From NCBI GenBank assembly GCA_945890715.1, contig CAMDCX010000001.1, positions 13,751 to 77,750 on the forward strand: 64,000 nucleotides of DNA. The letters are read 5' to 3'. Of the stretch, positions 1 to 9,178 are shown piece by piece. This DNA is from PVC group bacterium. Its GTDB lineage: Bacteria > Verrucomicrobiota > Kiritimatiellia > CAIKKV01 > CAITUY01. A program made the translations under genes and the position numbers. Below the pieces are notes generated by a model that was not told the DNA's origin, did not search any database, and saw only the letters and a program-made list of their open reading frames with translations. The stretch's first letter is position 1. Each line of letters starts with the position of its first letter.

Positions 1-345
1 GACGGCATTCTGGCAGCGGCCACCGAGGTGAAGGGGATGAAGCTGATGGCCGTGGCTGTCGGTGAGGTCTCGCCCGAAGCGCTCAAAACTCTGGCCGAGG
101 CGGCGATGGCGAAGGCCGGGTCGGCCGTGGTGGTGTTGGGTGCCAGCCATGCCGGCAAGGCGCAGTTTATTGTGGCGGTCAGTCCCGACCTGGTGAAGCA
201 GGGGGTCCACGCCGGGAAAATTATCAAGGAAGTGGCCAAGGTGGCAGGTGGCGGGGGTGGCGGACAACCCGCCCTGGCGAATGCCGGAGGCAAGGATGTC
301 AGCAAGATTGCCGAGGCGGTCGAGAAGGCCAGGGCGTTGCTGTGA
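1..345 (+). CDS. alaS: Alanyl-tRNA synthetase, C-terminal DHHA1 region (5' truncated by window edge)
   Basis: Open frame from base 1; '[28 protein letters not shown]' is the typical AlaRS C-terminal motif. Confidence 0.9.
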   Translation, partial: DGILAAATEVKGMKLMAVAVGEVSPEALKTLAEAAMAKAGSAVVVLGASHAGKAQFIVAVSPDLVKQGVHAGKIIKEVAKVAGGGGGGQPALANAGGKDVSKIAEAVEKARALL

Positions 346-375
346 GATGTGAAACGTGAGACGTGAGGAGTGCAC

Positions 376-732
376 ATGAGTGTGGAAATCATCTGCGCGG
401 GGTGTGGACAGGAAAGTCTTCTGAGGCGGGAGCCTGTTTATGAGGGGTTCAAGAAGGTGGGGGAGATTCTAACCTGTGCCGCTTGCGGACATGACTATGC
501 TTCCGAGGAGGAGGTGCCGTTCAAGCAGAAGGCGGCGCCTCAAGTCTTTGATGCCAGTGATGCCCCTCGGACCATCAAGGTTTTCCGCGAGAACGAAGCG
601 GAGACCCTTTGTCGCCACTGCAAACACTTTGTGGTGAACCCGTTTCTTCAGCGTTGCGGCAGGCATGCCAAGAGTGTGGAAGCCACCGATTCGTGCCGCG
701 ATTTCGAGAAGAAGCCTGTGCCGAAGCTCTAG
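376..732 (+). CDS. Small Cys-rich hypothetical protein (putative zinc-binding)
   Basis: GAGGAG RBS before ATG 376; CxxC, CxxC, CxxC...C...C pattern. Confidence 0.7.
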   Translation: MSVEIICAGCGQESLLRREPVYEGFKKVGEILTCAACGHDYASEEEVPFKQKAAPQVFDASDAPRTIKVFRENEAETLCRHCKHFVVNPFLQRCGRHAKSVEATDSCRDFEKKPVPKL

Positions 733-825
733 AAGATGGCCCGCGATCTCCGAGCGCGGGGATCTCCGGCTTGACTCCCGTTGCCTGTCAATGGCACGAT
801 GCCCGCGCTTTTTTATGGGGGTCAT

Positions 826-2001
826 GTGAAGTCGAGTCGGCGCGAAAATATTGAAACATTCATGGTGGACTTGATTCAGAGGAAGGATACCTCGCGGATC
901 AAGGATCGGCGTGTGTTACTGCTGCTTTGGACGCTTCGTCAATTTTCCCGTGTGTTCAATGTCATCGTCAAGACCCGTCATCTGCTCTATGCCCACGGGA
1001 TTATCCGCCATCACACGCTTGGCTGCCAGGTCATCAGCATTGGAAATGTCACGGTAGGGGGGACGGGAAAGACGCCGGTTGTGGAAGTGTTTGCCCGTTC
1101 GCTTCAAAAGAAGGGGCGGAAAGTCGCCATTCTCAGCCGTGGGTATAAGAAAAAAGAGCTCCCGCTGGCGGAACGCCTGGTGAATAAGCTTTTGCTCCGC
1201 GAAACCCGGATTCCGCCGCGAGTGGTATCGGATGGGAAAAACCTGCTTCTGGATTCCGATATGGGCGGTGATGAGCCTTACATGCTGGCGTCCAATCTGA
1301 CGGATGTGGCCGTGCTGGTGGACAAGGATCGCGTCAAGAGCGGACGCTATGCCATCAACCGGTTTGGGTGTGACACCCTGGTTTTGGATGACGGGTTTCA
1401 GTATCTGGCGTTGAAGCATCATGTTGAAATTGTGCTGGTGGACAGCAAGAACCCCTTTGCCAACGGCTTTATGTTGCCGCGCGGACTTCTTCGGGAGGAT
1501 GTTCGTAATCTCGCGCGTGCTCACTATATTTTCATCACCAAATGCGACGGAAGCGATAACACCGCCCTGAAGGCCGAACTCCGGAAATTGAACGCCAAGG
1601 CTGAAATGATCGAGTGCACCCACAAAGCCCGTTACCTGACGAATGTGTTCACCACCGCTCGCGAGGAACTGTCCTTCCTTCAGGGACGATCAGTCGCGGC
1701 CGTGTCTGGAATTGCCGCGCCGGGTGGTTTTGAACGGGAACTCGAGCGGTTGGGTGCCCGTCTGACTCAGCGGGTGCAATTTGCCGACCATCACCGTTAT
1801 ACCCAGCAGGAGATCATCGAGGTCATCAACAGTGCGCGCGACAGCGGGGCCGAGGCGATTATGACGACCGAAAAGGATGCGGTACGGTTTCCGCGGCTTG
1901 ACCGGTGCGATCTGCCGATCTATTTTCTGAGGGTGGATATTGAATTGTTATCCGGGAGTGAGGACTTCAATGCCTGTATCGCCCGAATTTGTTTCCATTA
2001 A
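826..2001 (+). CDS. lpxK: Tetraacyldisaccharide 4'-kinase
   Basis: 'SIGNVTVGGTGKTP', 'LSRGY', 'GDEP', 'LDDGFQ', 'FADHH', 'TTEKDAV' motifs; start uncertain (GTG 826 or ATG 862). Confidence 0.93.
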   Translation: MKSSRRENIETFMVDLIQRKDTSRIKDRRVLLLLWTLRQFSRVFNVIVKTRHLLYAHGIIRHHTLGCQVISIGNVTVGGTGKTPVVEVFARSLQKKGRKVAILSRGYKKKELPLAERLVNKLLLRETRIPPRVVSDGKNLLLDSDMGGDEPYMLASNLTDVAVLVDKDRVKSGRYAINRFGCDTLVLDDGFQYLALKHHVEIVLVDSKNPFANGFMLPRGLLREDVRNLARAHYIFITKCDGSDNTALKAELRKLNAKAEMIECTHKARYLTNVFTTAREELSFLQGRSVAAVSGIAAPGGFERELERLGARLTQRVQFADHHRYTQQEIIEVINSARDSGAEAIMTTEKDAVRFPRLDRCDLPIYFLRVDIELLSGSEDFNACIARICFH

Positions 2002-3037
2002 AGCGGCGCCTCATGGCGTCGGATCGGCCCGGATCCTGATCGTCGGGCTCAGTTGGCTGGGGGATGGTATCATGGCCATGCCGGCCCTGGCGGCCTTTCG
2101 GAAGCGCCTTCCCGGCGTCCATATCACCATGCTGGCCAAACCCTCGGTCGCATCGTTGTGGTCGATTTTTCCAGGCGTGGACGATGTGATTTTGCTCAAG
2201 AAGGGTTTTGTCGGAATGCGCGACACCATTCGGGCGGTTCGAAAAGGCGGTTTTGATTTTGCCTATATCCTGCCGAAATCATTCCGAACCGCCTGGATTC
2301 CCTTTCTAGCGGGCATTCCCGGACGGCGTGGGCTGTCTGGAAACGGCCGGGGCTGGATGTTGACGGAGACTGCTGCATTATCGGAGGCGGCAGTGTGCGG
2401 GCACCAGTCCCTCGAAATCGCCGATGTACTTCAACTTTCCCATGGGGATTTGGAATTGCCTCCGTTTTTGATGGTTTCTGACGAGATTCGTAAGCGGATA
2501 CGAAACCGGGTGGACACATTTCAGGGCGGAGTAGAGGAAGGTAAGTTGATCGCTTTTTTCCCCGGTGCGGCGCATGGTCCATCCAAACGCTGGCCCGCCG
2601 GAAATTTTGCCGCTGTGGGGCGCAGGTTGGTTTCGGAGCCGGGGTGTCGCCTGCTGATTCTGGGGAGTCGGGGCGACAAGGTTGTCTGTGATGAAGTCGC
2701 CGCCGGGATCGGGGACGGTGCGGTGAATCTGGCGGGAGAGACGGATTTTCTGGAACTGATCGGTTTGCTCAGCCTGTGCCGGTGTGTCGTGGCCAATGAT
2801 AGTGGCGGGATGCATTTGGCGGCGGGGCTTGGCGTTCCCGTGATCGGACTCTTCGGGTTGACGGATCCTTCCAAGACGGCTCCCGTTGGAACCCGCCACA
2901 CGCTTTTATGTGCAGAAGGAGTCCGCCAGTCACGGGATATTGACCCGGATTCCCCGGAGGCTCGATCAGCTATCGCCTCCATTTCCGTTGACGCCGTCCT
3001 GGGTGCCGTTGCAAGGGTGGTCGCGGGGTCTGTTTAA
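1970..3037 (+). CDS. waaF: LPS heptosyltransferase II (GT9)
   Basis: 'SWLGDGIMAMP', 'PGAAHGPSKRWP', 'NDSGGMHLAAG' GT9 motifs. Confidence 0.85.
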   Translation: MPVSPEFVSIKAAPHGVGSARILIVGLSWLGDGIMAMPALAAFRKRLPGVHITMLAKPSVASLWSIFPGVDDVILLKKGFVGMRDTIRAVRKGGFDFAYILPKSFRTAWIPFLAGIPGRRGLSGNGRGWMLTETAALSEAAVCGHQSLEIADVLQLSHGDLELPPFLMVSDEIRKRIRNRVDTFQGGVEEGKLIAFFPGAAHGPSKRWPAGNFAAVGRRLVSEPGCRLLILGSRGDKVVCDEVAAGIGDGAVNLAGETDFLELIGLLSLCRCVVANDSGGMHLAAGLGVPVIGLFGLTDPSKTAPVGTRHTLLCAEGVRQSRDIDPDSPEARSAIASISVDAVLGAVARVVAGSV

Positions 3038-3146
3038 TCTTTTTTCGCCTGTCGGCTTTTTCAGGGTATTTCCCGTAGATCAGGAGAAGAGTGTATCACG
3101 CGAAGACGATCGTTAATACCAGGAATGGACGCACTCCTTTCGCTTT

Positions 3147-5501
3147 TTATCGTGGCCCGACATTGATCGTCAGGTTACCTGCTTGGGCCAAGGAAGCCTG
3201 ATAGGGTGTCATGGCCAGGTCATCAATGATTAAACGGTTATGTTCAGCAGGTTCGACGAATCTCATGAGAATATACAGGCGATTTCTTTTTTTGATCGAA
3301 AACGCGAACTCCTCACAGATGCGCGAACCCGCCTTGAAGGTCTTCGTCAAATGTGTTCGGCCACCCTCCCGAATGACCAATTCAATATCTGAATCTCCAT
3401 GGATCTCCGCCCGGAATCGAAGGGCATAATCATGCTCGCCAACGGGTATTGGATCCATCAATGTAGCCCAACAATACTCAGGGTGAATGTCCCAGCCATT
3501 GGGTGTGATTAGAGGATATGAAATAATCCCGCCACGGTTAACTTGCTTCGCACGGCTTCCCGTTACTTCTTGGACGGCTCGAGGCCAGCGTTCCGCGCGG
3601 CAGAGATTGGAATAGTCCAGCAGGGACAATGGACGCGACGTGTCTCCGAACGCCCACATGAAGGCGTGATGGGGAATTGTTCGCTCCCATTTTTGCGCCG
3701 TCCACAGGGGGAAGTACGTGGCATTATCCGGAGACGTGCGATTAAGGAAAATAACTCCCGCAGTCAAGACGACGACTCCATATTGCAGAACGACAGGAAT
3801 CTTCCGGAAAAGCCAGAGAAAGGCCAGGAGGGCTGTTCCGCCCATCACTATCCACGGGAAAGCAGTTCCGGGCGGCAACAGGAAGCGAGGGAGGGGCGAA
3901 AGCAAGAAGTGGAAATCGCCAACGATGTGGGGGTCATGCAATGCACGTAAATCAGGATAGACCGACAGGAGGAAACAAAACATGTTCATGGAAAAGAAAC
4001 CGAGAAAGAAAATCACCAGGCGAAATCCAGGAGCTGCCACATCGAGAACCACTGCTAGAACCCCCATTAGGATGGGAACGGTGACGAGGAGAAATCGTCC
4101 CGGCAATGTCGCCCCTCCCCACCAGTCAGAGGCAGAACAAGATGTCAGCCAAATGCTCATGAAACAAAGCAAGGCCAGGAAAGCATGGGCGCGATGCCGT
4201 GAGTATTGAAGCAGTCCAATCGTGCCCAGGAGAGCGCAGGAAAAAACGGGAAACGCCACCAGGATTCCCTTGGAGGAGGTCAGGACGTGCCACAGACCCG
4301 AGGGACTAGCCATGAGAAAGGCCGATACGGGAGCCACCGTCCCTCCGATGAACATCCGGTACTGATTCAGGTAGAGCAACGTCCACACGGCAAGAATGAG
4401 AGCCGCGAACATGGACAATCGTGGTAATCCGCGTCGCCATGGACTGGACAAGTAGAGACACTGGACGCCATAGGCGCCCGCAAGGGTCATGGCCAGCGGG
4501 ATAAAGCGGACATAGGCCCACGGCAATGCCCCGATGCACGGGACGGCTAGCAAGAGAGCGTGAACGGGGTGCGTCCTCTGCAGCACTATGGCGACGAATC
4601 CATAAACGGCTAGCGTTCCGCCAAGGACTTCCGGGAGAGCACGGCAGGAGTAAATACCCCAGAACGTGCTGCCGCCCATCAGGATGGCAACAGCCCAACC
4701 TCCCCGTCTGGATGCGCCCAGCAAACGAGCCAATAGATAGGTGCCCGCGAGGCCTAGACCGGCAATTATGCCAAGCACGAGATGTCTGGCGTACAGCCCG
4801 TGTTCACTGGTCGGAGCTAATAGGATACACAGAACTGACGAATGCAAGGAATACCACTTTCCGTTTCGCGAATTCGGGCTGATATGTGTGCGCTCGGAGA
4901 AATCTTCCGCGGCGACATCGCCGAGGTTGTTCCGCAGGTCCAGATCCCCATCGTCGTGGAGGCTTTTTGCCTGGATGAGATAGTGCCCCTCATCGCCGGA
5001 GTGCTCGCCGACGGTCTTTGTGATCCAGACCCCCAGCAGGCAAAACAGGATCGATCCTGCTGCGAACAGGATTATCCAATCCTTGCCACGGCAATCTCTT
5101 TCTCCGCAAGAGGTTACGCTAAAGGCTTTCACAGCGGCAGCAGACAGGATGCATGACGGAATGAAGATATGGAGAAAGGCGCTGAGGTGCGGATGCCATG
5201 GGAGCCCCAGTAAGCCTAAGGAGGGAAGCAGGGCGAGCCATTTGAGCCATGCGTTAATCTTGCCGAATTGCCCTGTTTTCCCACAGCACTGGGCAACACA
5301 ATACCCGATGAACAGAATCGCGCTTACCACCACAAATGTGCTGTACAGGTAAGGCAAGGAAATTAACACCCGGCCGGGAAATTCACGAAAAACAACAACG
5401 CCTTCGCCAAGAAACGGCGTCACGATCCACAGCCCCAGAAAAAGAGACATCCACAGCAAGCCAGCCATCTTACTCCATAATTGTCGTAGACACGTATGCA
5501 A
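3147..5501 (-). CDS. Large polytopic membrane protein, GT-C/ArnT-PMT-like glycosyltransferase with C-terminal soluble domain
   Basis: Many hydrophobic segments; 'SGDEGHYL' acidic loop motif, 'WWGG...PGRFL'; start may be 5468. Confidence 0.6.
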   Translation of the reverse strand: MHTCLRQLWSKMAGLLWMSLFLGLWIVTPFLGEGVVVFREFPGRVLISLPYLYSTFVVVSAILFIGYCVAQCCGKTGQFGKINAWLKWLALLPSLGLLGLPWHPHLSAFLHIFIPSCILSAAAVKAFSVTSCGERDCRGKDWIILFAAGSILFCLLGVWITKTVGEHSGDEGHYLIQAKSLHDDGDLDLRNNLGDVAAEDFSERTHISPNSRNGKWYSLHSSVLCILLAPTSEHGLYARHLVLGIIAGLGLAGTYLLARLLGASRRGGWAVAILMGGSTFWGIYSCRALPEVLGGTLAVYGFVAIVLQRTHPVHALLLAVPCIGALPWAYVRFIPLAMTLAGAYGVQCLYLSSPWRRGLPRLSMFAALILAVWTLLYLNQYRMFIGGTVAPVSAFLMASPSGLWHVLTSSKGILVAFPVFSCALLGTIGLLQYSRHRAHAFLALLCFMSIWLTSCSASDWWGGATLPGRFLLVTVPILMGVLAVVLDVAAPGFRLVIFFLGFFSMNMFCFLLSVYPDLRALHDPHIVGDFHFLLSPLPRFLLPPGTAFPWIVMGGTALLAFLWLFRKIPVVLQYGVVVLTAGVIFLNRTSPDNATYFPLWTAQKWERTIPHHAFMWAFGDTSRPLSLLDYSNLCRAERWPRAVQEVTGSRAKQVNRGGIISYPLITPNGWDIHPEYCWATLMDPIPVGEHDYALRFRAEIHGDSDIELVIREGGRTHLTKTFKAGSRICEEFAFSIKKRNRLYILMRFVEPAEHNRLIIDDLAMTPYQASLAQAGNLTINVGPR

Positions 5502-5520
5502 AGCAGAAAGGTTGCATGAA

Positions 5521-5558
5521 TTGACTGTTTATTACAGACATTATTAATGTTTTCATAA
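5521..5558 (+). promoter_or_regulatory. Candidate sigma70 promoter (TTGACT-N18-TAATGT) with overlapping Rex-like box TTATTAA-N4-TTCATAA
   Basis: Motifs read directly from the sequence upstream of the CBS-hox operon. Confidence 0.45.
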
Positions 5559-5604
5559 TAATCCAGATGGGAGTAGACTAGCGCCAACAAGCAGGAGGTA
5601 TTCC

Positions 5605-6048
5605 ATGAGTACAGTCAAGGATCTGTTGACGGCTAAAGGTTCCTCGGTTTCCACGATTTCCCCCCAGGCAAAGGTGTATGAGGCTTTGGCCCTCATGGCG
5701 GAAAAGGATATCGGCGCCTTGGTGGTGGTGTCTGAAGGTAAGGTAGTGGGCGTGATCTCCGAACGTGACTATGCCCGCAAGGTTGTTCTCAAAGGACGTT
5801 TCTCCAAAGAGACGGCCGTCAAGGATGTCATGAGTTCCCTCGATGCCACGGTCAAGCCCTCCCAAACCGTGGAAGAGTGCATGGCGATCATGACGGAGAA
5901 ACGGCACCGGCATCTTCCTGTACTGGATAATGGAAAGCTGGTGGGGATCATTTCCATCGGCGATCTGGTCAAGAGCATCATCTCCAACCAGAAGTTCATG
6001 ATCGAGAACCTCGAGAATTACATCAGTGGGGCGCCGGAAGTCCGGTGA
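5605..6048 (+). CDS. CBS-pair domain protein
   Basis: 'GVISERDY', 'RHRHLPV', 'GIISIGDLVK'; GGAGG RBS. Confidence 0.92.
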   Translation: MSTVKDLLTAKGSSVSTISPQAKVYEALALMAEKDIGALVVVSEGKVVGVISERDYARKVVLKGRFSKETAVKDVMSSLDATVKPSQTVEECMAIMTEKRHRHLPVLDNGKLVGIISIGDLVKSIISNQKFMIENLENYISGAPEVR

Positions 6049-6099
6049 CCGGCTTGATTCGACGGGATTCCTGGGCCGGCCCGGAGCGGGAGGATAGTC

Positions 6100-7890
6100 A
6101 TGGGTAATACCATCACCGATGTGATCAAGCAGTACGGCGGGGATGAAACCCGGCTCATGGATATCCTGATTGATATCCAGGCGGCGCAAGGATATCTCTC
6201 CGATTCGGCGATTACGCAGATAGCGCGTGCTCTGGGTATTCCCCAGGTTGATGTCGAGCAGACGGTGTCCTTCTATCATTTCTTTGCGCGGGAGCCGCGG
6301 GGCAAATATGCCATTTACCTGAATGACAGCGTGGTGGCGGAATTCAATGATCGGGCTGGTGTCGTCAAGGCCCTGGAGGAGGCCGCAGGGTGTTCCTTCG
6401 GGCAAGTGTCCCCGGACGGCCTGATCGGACTCTTTCCCACAGCCTGTATCGGCATGAGCGATCAGGAGCCCGCTGCTCTGGTCAACGAGGTGGTATTCCC
6501 CCGAATGACCCCTGCGAAGGCGCGGGCTTTGGTGGCGGGACTGAAGGCGGGTAAAACCGTCGCCGATCTTGCCGGAACGGATTTCGGGGAAGGGCAGAAT
6601 GCCCACCCGCTGATCCGGTCCACCGTGCGCAATAATATCAGACTTCGGGGCGACATGGTGTTTGACCGTTATGAACCCGGTACGGCGCTCCGGCGTGCCG
6701 TATCCATGAGTTCGCGGGAGATCATCGCCATGGTGAAGGCGGCGAGTGTGCGGGGCCGCGGCGGCGCGGGTTTTCCCACGGGCATGAAGTGGGAGTTTGC
6801 GCGCAAGGCACCGGGTGATGTGAAGTACATCTTCTGCAATGCCGATGAGGGTGAGCCGGGAACGTTCAAGGATCGTGTCATCCTGACCGAATTGCCGGGG
6901 TTGGTGTTTGAGGGGATGGCCGTGGCGGGATATGCGGTGGGCGCCAGGCATGGCATTCTGTATATTCGCAACGAATACCGTTATCTTCGATCCTACTTAG
7001 AGAGCATCCTGGCGGACATGCGGGAGCAGAATCTCCTGGGTGCGTTCATCGTAGGCAAGGCGGGTTTTAACTTTGACATCAAGATTCAGTTTGGCGCCGG
7101 GGCCTATGTCTGCGGGGAGGAATCCGCGCTCATCGAGTCGGCGGAGGGGAAACGCGGGGAACCGCGGGATCGTCCGCCGTTTCCCGTTGAGAAAGGATAC
7201 CTCCAGAAACCGACGGTGGTGAATAATGTCGAGACGCTGTGTTCCGTCGTTCAGGTTCTGGTCAAAGGGGTGGACTGGTACAATTCGCTGGGAACCCCGG
7301 AATCCAAGGGCACCAAAGTGCTCAGCGTGTCAGGCGACTGCGATAAGCCCGGCATTTACGAGATTGCCTGGGGCTTTTCGGTGAATGATGTCCTAAAGAT
7401 GGTCGGAGCCCGGGAGGTTCAGGCGGTTCAGGTCGGAGGGCCGTCGGGTGCGTGCATCGCTCCCGGAGAATTCAACCGCATTCTAGCCTATGAAGATCTC
7501 GCCACGGGTGGATCGTTGATTATTATCGGGGCGCATCGGGATTTGTTGAAGGATGTCGTTTTGAACTTTGCCCGCTTTTTCCGTGAGGAGTCCTGCGGAT
7601 CCTGTGTCCCGTGCCGCGCCCTGACGGTGATGGCCCAACGGGTGATGGAGCACATCGTGGCGGGGAAGGGAACCCCAACCGATCTCGCCCGGTTTGTGGA
7701 ATGGACCTCCATCATGAAGAAGAACCGGTGCGGCCTCGGCCAGACGGCCTTGAATCCGATCATCACGACCCTCCGGAATTTCAAACCGCTGTATGATCGC
7801 CGGATCGCCGTTGGCGACGACCGGTTTATGCCGACATTCGACCTGGCGGCGGCGGTCAGGGATTATGATGAGGCGGTCAAAGAAACCTGA
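6100..7890 (+). CDS. hoxF: NAD-reducing hydrogenase diaphorase subunit (NuoE-NuoF fusion)
   Basis: 'GRGGAGFPTG', 'CNADEGEPGTFKDR', 'GAGAYVCGEE', 'ESCGSCVPCR...CGLG'. Confidence 0.92.
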   Translation: MGNTITDVIKQYGGDETRLMDILIDIQAAQGYLSDSAITQIARALGIPQVDVEQTVSFYHFFAREPRGKYAIYLNDSVVAEFNDRAGVVKALEEAAGCSFGQVSPDGLIGLFPTACIGMSDQEPAALVNEVVFPRMTPAKARALVAGLKAGKTVADLAGTDFGEGQNAHPLIRSTVRNNIRLRGDMVFDRYEPGTALRRAVSMSSREIIAMVKAASVRGRGGAGFPTGMKWEFARKAPGDVKYIFCNADEGEPGTFKDRVILTELPGLVFEGMAVAGYAVGARHGILYIRNEYRYLRSYLESILADMREQNLLGAFIVGKAGFNFDIKIQFGAGAYVCGEESALIESAEGKRGEPRDRPPFPVEKGYLQKPTVVNNVETLCSVVQVLVKGVDWYNSLGTPESKGTKVLSVSGDCDKPGIYEIAWGFSVNDVLKMVGAREVQAVQVGGPSGACIAPGEFNRILAYEDLATGGSLIIIGAHRDLLKDVVLNFARFFREESCGSCVPCRALTVMAQRVMEHIVAGKGTPTDLARFVEWTSIMKKNRCGLGQTALNPIITTLRNFKPLYDRRIAVGDDRFMPTFDLAAAVRDYDEAVKET

Positions 7891-7902
7891 GGAGCTGGAG
7901 AC

Positions 7903-8598
7903 ATGGCCACATTTGTCAAATTTACATTGAACGGGGTGGAGTGCCTCGCCGAGGACGGAACGCAACTCGTGGAGGCGGCTGCTGAGAATGGCGTGTTCAT
8001 TCCCACGCTTTGCAATTATCCGGGAATCCCGCCCAAAGGCTCATGCCGGATCTGCACGGTGCTGGTAAACGGGATTCCCGTCACCGCCTGCACCACTCGG
8101 GTCGTCGAGGATATGAAGGTTCAGACCTCGACCCCGGAATTGGAATCATTCAGGAAGTCGGTCGTTGAAATTCTTTTTGCGGAAGGCAACCATCTCTGTC
8201 CGTCCTGTGAAAAAAGCGGCAGTTGCGAATTGCAGGCGCTGGCCTACAGGTACCGGATGACGGTGCCTCATTTCCCTTATCTGTTCCCCACGCGTGATGT
8301 AGAAGCCTGGCATCCCAAGATTCTCAAGGATCACAATCGCTGCATTCTGTGCAAGCGGTGTATCCGCGGGATTCACAATAAGGACGGTAAGGCGTTGTTT
8401 GCCTTTGGTAAACGGGGAGACCGGCTGGTGATCAATATCGATCCCGAAACGTCACGGGATGTCAGTGATGAATTGGTCCAGAAGGCGATGGACATGTGTC
8501 CTGTCGGGGCCATTCTGAAAAAAGAAAAGGGATTTGATGTGCCCATCGGGTCCCGGAAATACGATGTGGCCCCCATCGGTAGTGAGATTGAAGGCTGA
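7903..8598 (+). CDS. hoxU: NAD-reducing hydrogenase Fe-S subunit
   Basis: NuoG-N-like 'PTLC..GSCRIC', 'HLCPSCEKSGSCEL', 'CILCKRC'. Confidence 0.92.
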   Translation: MATFVKFTLNGVECLAEDGTQLVEAAAENGVFIPTLCNYPGIPPKGSCRICTVLVNGIPVTACTTRVVEDMKVQTSTPELESFRKSVVEILFAEGNHLCPSCEKSGSCELQALAYRYRMTVPHFPYLFPTRDVEAWHPKILKDHNRCILCKRCIRGIHNKDGKALFAFGKRGDRLVINIDPETSRDVSDELVQKAMDMCPVGAILKKEKGFDVPIGSRKYDVAPIGSEIEG

Positions 8599-8612
8599 TC
8601 GGAGAGTGTGTT

Positions 8613-9164
8613 ATGCCCAAGAAAATCATCGCCACCGCATCCCTCGCAGGCTGTTTCGGCTGTCATATGTCGTTTCTTGATATTGATGAGCGGCTTCTGG
8701 ATCTGATCGAACTTGTGGAGTTCCATAAATCCCCGCTTACCGACATCAAAACCTTTTCGAAGGAGTGCGATATCGGGTTGATTGAGGGGGGCTGCTGTAA
8801 TGACGAGAATGTCCATACCCTGATGGAATTCCGGAAGCACTGTAAGATTCTCGTTTCGGTGGGGGAATGTTCCATCATGGGCGGGCTACCGGCTTTGCGG
8901 AACATGATTCCCCTTCGGGAATGCCTGGAGGAATCCTACCTGAGAGGGCCCACCACAGGCGATGGAACGGGGAAGGGGATTATCCCCCATGATGAGGATC
9001 TGCCGAAAATTCTCGACCGGGTTTATCCCTGCCACGAAGTGGTGAAGATTGACTATTACCTGCCGGGATGTCCCCCCAGGGCGGACTTGATCTGGGAGGC
9101 GCTGGTGGCGTTGGTGAACGGCACCGAATTGAAGCCGACGGATGCGATGTTTAAATTTGATTAA
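8613..9164 (+). CDS. hoxY: [NiFe] hydrogenase small subunit
   Basis: 'GCFGC', 'VGEC', 'PGCPP'. Confidence 0.92.
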   Translation: MPKKIIATASLAGCFGCHMSFLDIDERLLDLIELVEFHKSPLTDIKTFSKECDIGLIEGGCCNDENVHTLMEFRKHCKILVSVGECSIMGGLPALRNMIPLRECLEESYLRGPTTGDGTGKGIIPHDEDLPKILDRVYPCHEVVKIDYYLPGCPPRADLIWEALVALVNGTELKPTDAMFKFD

Positions 9165-9178
9165 CGGGAGTGCTGTTT

